Assembly (NCBI RefSeq): GCF_009914755.1
Contig: NC_060942.1
Origin: the human T2T-CHM13v2.0 reference genome, Homo sapiens
Strand: one strand, 5' to 3'
Length of the DNA: 64,000 nt
Part shown: piece by piece, positions 57,400-64,000 of the stretch
How positions within the stretch are numbered: the first letter of the stretch is position 1
Layout of the letters: every line of letters starts with the position of its first letter
Program-made: the position numbers and the translations under genes
The notes under the pieces: generated by a model
The model's input: the letters and a program-made list of their open reading frames with translations, nothing else
The model's database searches: none
What the model was told of the DNA's origin: nothing

Positions 57400-57640
57400 A
57401 ATGATGGAGATAATATTATCATCTTTTGTATTCATGACATGTTAGTCACTGCATGAATTTATATTTCGTGTTATTCACACAGCAATTCTGTTAGGTATGT
57501 TACTGCTGTTAACCACATCACATAGAGAAAAGAGACTCAGAGAGGTTAAATGACTCATCCAAGTCAGACAGTTAGCAAATGGCAGAGCTCGAATTTGATC
57601 CTGAGTAGTCTGACTTCACAGGCTGAACTGATAAATGCTG
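57400..57640 (-). mobile_element. MIR
   Basis: gagactcagagaggttaaatgactcatccaagtcagacag ... ggcagagctcgaatttga. Confidence 0.75.
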
Positions 57641-57899
57641 CCCTCTAGCAGATTTAGTAGTCTATTTCAAAGTAAGTAGTTTTCTCCAATTTTTGTCATT
57701 TTTCATTATTGATTTGCATAATTTATCTTTTAGTTTTTCATCTTTGATTATTCAAGTTTGGAGTTTTTCAGTTTTAGTCCCCTTTTATTTTCTTTTACTT
57801 GTAATATGTTACTTGCTCTTTAAAAATGTGGTATAGTTTTCATTCCACCTTGATTAATGTATACCCACTGTTAACATTTTTGAAAGTAGAGATAACTAA

Positions 57900-58264
<365 letters not shown>

Positions 58265-58709
58265 AATTAATATATTTTGATACACGTTCTTCTAGGCTTT
58301 TAAAATCCATTTTATTATATCCATGTGATTATACTGTAGATACAGTTTCCTGTGCATATTGCATCTTCATTTAATATTATGACAAATATTTTCCGACTTA
58401 TTTTGCTTATTCATGAAAGTAATTTTCCATTACATTGTGTGAGCATACCATATTTACTTAGCAATTCTACCTTGGGTATTTAATTGTTCCCAGTATCTTC
58501 TACTGTAAATAATACAATATTGAATGTGTTTGTATGTAAATATTTTCTTTCATTTAGGATTATTTTCTTTGGATATAGTCTACTCAATGAAAGTATCAGA
58601 ACCTCAGAAATTTGATATAATAGCTTATTAACATTTTTAAGGCTGCTGAATTATATTATGAAATTATTTTCTACTCTCAGCGCCCACTTCATTGCCGCTT
58701 GCCAGCACA

Positions 58710-58860
58710 AATGTTAGTTACTTATATGCTTCAGTTTCTACATCTTTAAAAATGGAAATAATAGTACCTACCTCGAAGGGTTGTTATGAGACTGTAATGA
58801 ATTACTGCCAAGCAGTTGGAACATGCCTAGCAAAAAGTATCAACCCCCAAAATGTTAACT
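58710..58860 (+). mobile_element. MIR
   Basis: gcttcagtttctacatctttaaaatggaaataatagtacctacctc. Confidence 0.75.
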
Positions 58861-61800
58861 ATTTGGCATTGTAATTTTTAGAATCTTTGTCCAAGTTGAC
58901 AGGTAAAAATAGTATTTTAATGTTTGAATTTGCTTTTCTTTGATACCTAGAAATATTCAAATTTTTCTAAAAGGATTTTAGTTTTTTTTTTTAAAAGACA
59001 TTTTTCTTTTTGTCCTTTGCTTTTTTTTTTCCTCTCCAAGGGTTATTAGTGTTTGAGCTCTTAACTAAAATATTAAGCTTATGTGGCTTCTGTTGTTGCT
59101 GGAATTTCTAATTTATTATTTACTGTTGAATTTTTTAACCTACACGTATTTTCAGTTTTTATGTAATCAAATTTATTTTTTTATTTGTAGTTTCTTCCAC
59201 ATTTTTTGAAGCTTGAAATCTTATCCCACCCAGAAATGTGATAAGACTTGATAAGAAACAATGGCTAAATTAAAAACAAACATAAAATAATATATCTGAA
59301 ATGTATTTATGATTGTGGGGTGATGTAAGGATAAAAAATATCTGCTCCTCTCTAAGCTATCACAATGTTATTTATTAAATACATGTTTTTTCTTTGATAG
59401 TATTTTCTTAATCTTGTATTAAATCCTTCATATTTCTTTACCATTTTATTAATAAGGAAGCAGTTGAAGAATTATAGAGTTCTAATTAGCCCACTATTTC
59501 TTCAGTGTTTTTTTTTATACAGTGAATAAAGGAAGACATTAAAACTAGTCCTTAAAAGTTTTCTTGTTCACGTAATTATCCAATTAGTTTGTTAATCGGT
59601 GTTTTGGTTGGACCATATGGCCTTTTTTTCTAAAACATGTATTAAATAAACAGTCCTCTACTTTTTTTTTTAAATGAAGTTTGGATTTTTAAAGCTTTTT
59701 TTAAAGGTCTAGTTTTGTGAAAGTGTAGAAGTGAAATTAACATTTAATTTCATAGGCTGTTTTTTCCCCTTCAGGTAGAATATTTAACGTGATAAATGAT
59801 GCATCTTAACTGCACATTTATGTTCCATAGCAAGAGTTCTGGGAAGTACAAGAGATAATGATTAAGAGAATAGTGGGATTGATTTATGAGCAAAAGAAAC
59901 TGGTCATTTACAGCATGTCTAATGATGGGCATGTTTAAAAGGAAAGACAATAGAATGTTCATGTGTTTAGCGACTATTCAGGCCAAGAGAAAAATTGTTT
60001 TGGGCACATAAGACCATTGCTTCTGAAATGATATGAAGAAAAAGAGTAATTTAGTTTAGAAAAACAAATTAGCAAAAATAGAAAATAAAAAATATCTATT
60101 ATTTACACTGGGAGCTGTTGGAAAGTGGAGTCATCTCCCCAGAGAGCTAGTGGATGGGATAAACTAGCTGTCTCTGATTTCTGTAATTCATGGCAGATGC
60201 TTAGGAACAGGTTACATAAGAGGTTTCTGGGAATGGTTTAAAATGAAGTCTTGTAAAATGTGTAAGGTCAGACTGGGTGACCTAGGTGGTATATTCTGAC
60301 TCTGTCAGATTCTGTGATAGCTTGTGGCATTCTGCTGTTCAGCACTACTGAGGATTATTTACTGGCAAATCCAATGAGCCTTTATTTGGCTTAGGATGAT
60401 AATTATTTGAAAAATAATAATTGACCTAAGAATATACTTGTTTTGGGCCAGTATTTTCTCCCCTCTCCTTGCTTTTTCATAAAATAAAAATAGAGTTTTT
60501 ACTTGGTTAAATATTCTGTTGATTGTTGTTAGCCTTTACTTTTAATTGGCATTTGATGTCATTGGTGCATATTGCATGTAGGGCAGAATGAATACAGTGT
60601 TTGGAACATGAATTTGAATAGCTTTCACCTGTAAAATACTATCTAAGTTGATAGAATACTTCATCTGTGCTGCATAAGTTCTGTTCCATAACAATACAAA
60701 TTTTTAAGGGGAATTTTATGTTTACATTCTTTAAGTCAGTTGATAGCAGCGGTTACTGAAGTAGAATAGATGAGACAGTCAATGGAGGTATAGGAAGAAA
60801 ATCTTAGAACTTTTACTTACTTATTTTTTAATCTTAGGAAATTGAGCTTTATGAACATTTACTAGAAGGAGGGGCATTGGTGGCCTCACCTGTTTTGCAT
60901 ACCAGAGGGACACGCATCATCTCAGGCAAGAGTGGGTGAGCCTCAAGTGGGGTGCCAGAGTTACTTTCATCCTGTTTGTTTCCAGTTAAAATGTGCTTGC
61001 TTAAGGGATTTGCAGATTATATTATATAGTTCTAAACCTAGCCATCACAAAATGGGCAGGGAAAATATGGATGGGAGATATTTCTAATGAAAAATCTCTT
61101 CATCGGCTATATTACAAGTTTTAATGATCATTTGATCAGTCTGGCAGGAGGGCAGCAAAAAATTTATAATTATATGAAATTTGTATTTACATCCACTGTC
61201 ATTAATAAGGAAACCTTCCTAAGGATCTATTTTGTGACATGAGATATTGGCTAATGTAATGTGAAGTTACTCACATTAATGAGACATTTGAGAAATGTTT
61301 ATTCTTAAATCTGTTTATTTAAACCTTGAGTCATCCTTTTGAAATATATGTATTTGTGCATCTATTACAATTTAGGTGATACATTGCACAGAATTACACA
61401 TATACAATTTATAAATATACAACTATTGGGAACACATTTCAAAATTATTTAATGCATGTGTAATAGGAATAATTTGAGGCATAAATATTTTTCAAATAAG
61501 TTTAAAGATAAGAGGTTCACATTTTTTAGTTGTTGTATTATTATTTTACTTATACAGTTTAAGTGTTTTATACATTATCTTGTTATAATGCCATTGGTGT
61601 TAAATCATGTTTAGGTGACTTTTCGAGGTTGAAATGGAAAAAGATGAAGTAGAATGGAATTAATCAAATTATAGAATGAGTCATTGCAGGTGAAATAGGT
61701 GTTCAGTAACCCAGATCTCTAGAATTTAATAATAAAGGAATTGTGCTAATTTAACTCATTTGTGAAGAAGCTGGGTGTAAATCAGGAAGAAATATGAGTT

Positions 61801-62406
61801 ATAAAGTATTCTTTAAGAAGTGCTTTAATAATTTTGAGGACAGATAAGAGGAAACCAAGTTGTGTTTTATCAGAACTTTTAAGTGCTTTTATTTAACAGA
61901 AAGCTGAGAATTATTTATTATTACTCTGTTCATTGTTTAAAATTAATATGAAATGTTGCTTGAATAGTCTTTTTTCCTTTTACACTTAAATAAGCTAGAC
62001 ATTTGCTTTGTTTATACCATTAATTTGTTTTCACACAGGCTGCAAAGGTAGCCATCACCTCAGAATTAATTAGTGAAATCAAAATTAATGAGGTTTTACT
62101 ATATTGGGTCATTTCCACTTCAGGCCAGTTTTCTTTATATGAGTTGGACTAGCATTTTTTTGAAAGAAGAAAAATTAGATTTATTTTAATCCATATTTAA
62201 AAAGCACAGAACCATCTTTTCTTGTGAGTTAAGTACCTCTAATAACTATGCTTTCTTGGGCTTAGTAATATTGATTTTTTTTTGTTTTCATTCTTGATTA
62301 TTTTGGCTATTTCCAGTCTTTCTTATTACAGTAAAGCTAAAGTTAACTCTTTAGATACTTATTATCATTTACAGAGACGGTATATCATGTTTACTTTGGA
62401 CGAAAC

Positions 62407-62677
62407 TTTTTTTTTTTTTTTTTTGAGATGGAGTCTCACTCCGTCATCCAGGCTAGAGTGCAATGGTGCGATCTCGGTTCAGTGCAACTTCTGCCTCCCA
62501 GGTTCAGGCGATTCTCCTCCCTCAGCCTCCCCATCGGCTACTGTTTTGTATTTTTAGTAGAGATGGGCTCTCACCATGTTAGCCAGGCTGGTCTTGAACT
62601 TTTGACCTCAGGTGATCCATCCCCCTCGACCTCCCAAAGTGCTGGTATTATAGGTGTGAGCCACTGTGCCCGGCCTG
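62407..62677 (-). mobile_element. Alu, antisense, internally deleted
   Basis: The segment between cctccc and ggcta is lost. TSD-like tggacgaaac / tggaccaaac. Confidence 0.92.
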
Positions 62678-63512
62678 GACCAAACAGTTTTTTGTAGATT
62701 GAGCTTGTTATTTGCAAATTTTCATTATTACACTATGTGAAAGGGGAATAAAAGTATTCTTTAAAACATATTTAGTTAAATATATGTGTCAGAGGAGAAT
62801 GTGTCATGTAGAAATGAAAAGCTAGAATCTTGGTGTTAAAGCTCTTTTTTTTAACCTTCAGAAAATTACATCTCATAATCTACTTTTTAAAGCAGATCCT
62901 ATGCTCTTATTTAATATTCATTTTGTATGTCCTTTATTTTTACTACATGAGAGTAATAATGTAGAGTTTTTAAGTCTTATGAAGATAGATTACGTTTTCT
63001 TAAATCTTTGAAATTATCTGCCTGTGTATCTGTGGGGAGGGTGAAAGTTCTGACAGGGAAACTTCTCATGAGGGGTTGATAATGCGGAAGGTCAAGTTTC
63101 TCATAAGAATGAGAAAACCTTTTTTCTTTGCTTAATGGCTCTAGTCCTCTCTCTGCTAAATTACAAACTATGGTAAGGAGATCTTTGACAGAGAGAGAGA
63201 GTATGCGTAGCTCAGTGGTTGTCAGCAGCTTTGTGTCACCTCAGATGTTGAGATCTCCAGTAGGGCAGAATTTTAGGAACGCCTAACATAGTAGAGAATA
63301 TTGGCAAAACTTCATATTGACTCATACTTCATTTTCTCTACTTTTTGGAAAGGAATGACTAGAGTATATGTGAGCATGAATGAAATGACTTTCGACGTGG
63401 GGACTAGCAAATAGGTCAGTTAGATGTGTGGCACTAATTAGGGATTAGCTCTTTATAAAGAAGATTTTGGAGAGTTTGGGAGTCTAAGTAGCAGAATCAA
63501 AAGTAGGGTCAG

Positions 63513-63625
63513 TGGCCAGGCGCGGTGGTTCATGCCTGTAGTCCTAGCACTTTGGGAGGCTGAGGCAGGCGGATTGCTTGAGCCCAGGAGTTCAAGACTA
63601 GCCTGGGCAACATAGAGGCTCTATT
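63513..63625 (+). mobile_element. Alu left monomer (FLAM-like), sense
   Basis: ggccaggcgcggtggttcatgcctgtagtcctagcactttgggaggc ... cctgggcaacatag. Confidence 0.88.
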
Positions 63626-64000
63626 AAATATTATAGATATAAAACAGTAGTGTTGGGTGTGTGAATACTGTGACTGATCAGTGCCTGATGGGAGGACATG
63701 AACAGATTAAAAGGAATACTGTTTAGGCATCATTCTTTAAGTTAATTATACCCGTAGAAAAAGATAACTGTTTCTTTGATGAGGGCAATAAATAAAATGA
63801 CCACTTTTTGGCAGATCGATGTTGCAAAATAGAATATTGTATTTAACCATTAATGTAGCAACCAACCCTTTTTATAAAATGAATAATGGATATATTTGAC
63901 AAAGTCAGTACTGATGATAAGCTGTAGAAATGCAAAGCATCCATTGTATTGAACTCTCTGTTGCTTTGAATTAGCAACGTACATACGTAGCAGTGTGTGT

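Noticed and set aside
63097-63116. 8-bp hairpin tttctcat-aaga-atgagaaa
   Set aside because: A short AT-rich stem of a kind expected by chance in 64 kb.

Overview
This is primate (almost certainly human) genomic DNA: AT-rich, dense in Alu, L1, L2 and MIR repeats. The whole window lies inside one + strand gene, WDR7 (rabconnectin-3 beta, a WD40 beta-propeller regulator of V-ATPase assembly that partners DMXL1/2). I reconstructed 11 consecutive GT-AG coding exons, from ATG 20470 to the donor after 44421. They splice in phase into a 1578-nt, 526-codon open frame, [21 protein letters not shown]...LVPPENCS. I number them exons 2-12, assuming one non-coding exon 1 just upstream of the window. Bases 1-20450 are then intron 1, and 44422-64000 is part of a long intron 12 whose downstream exon I could not find in the window. 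Almost all ORFs in the supplied track come from Alu/L1 repeats or are chance ORFs. There are no prokaryotic-type systems (no CRISPR array, operon or RNA gene). The most interesting unexplained signals concern RNA processing: (i) a candidate in-frame 9-nt microexon (GCTGCAAAG, Ala-Ala-Lys) at 62039-62047 in a repeat-poor part of intron 12; (ii) a candidate intronic polyadenylation site just after the weak exon 11 donor, which would give a 479-aa truncated WDR7; (iii) a candidate 98-nt poison exon at 60838-60935; (iv) alternative acceptors at exon 5 and upstream of exon 2; (v) inverted Alu pairs around phase-symmetric exon blocks (circRNA and ADAR candidates); (vi) a very young AluY inserted next to an older Alu. 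All six are sequence-based hypotheses. Repeat boundaries are approximate and subfamily calls are by eye.
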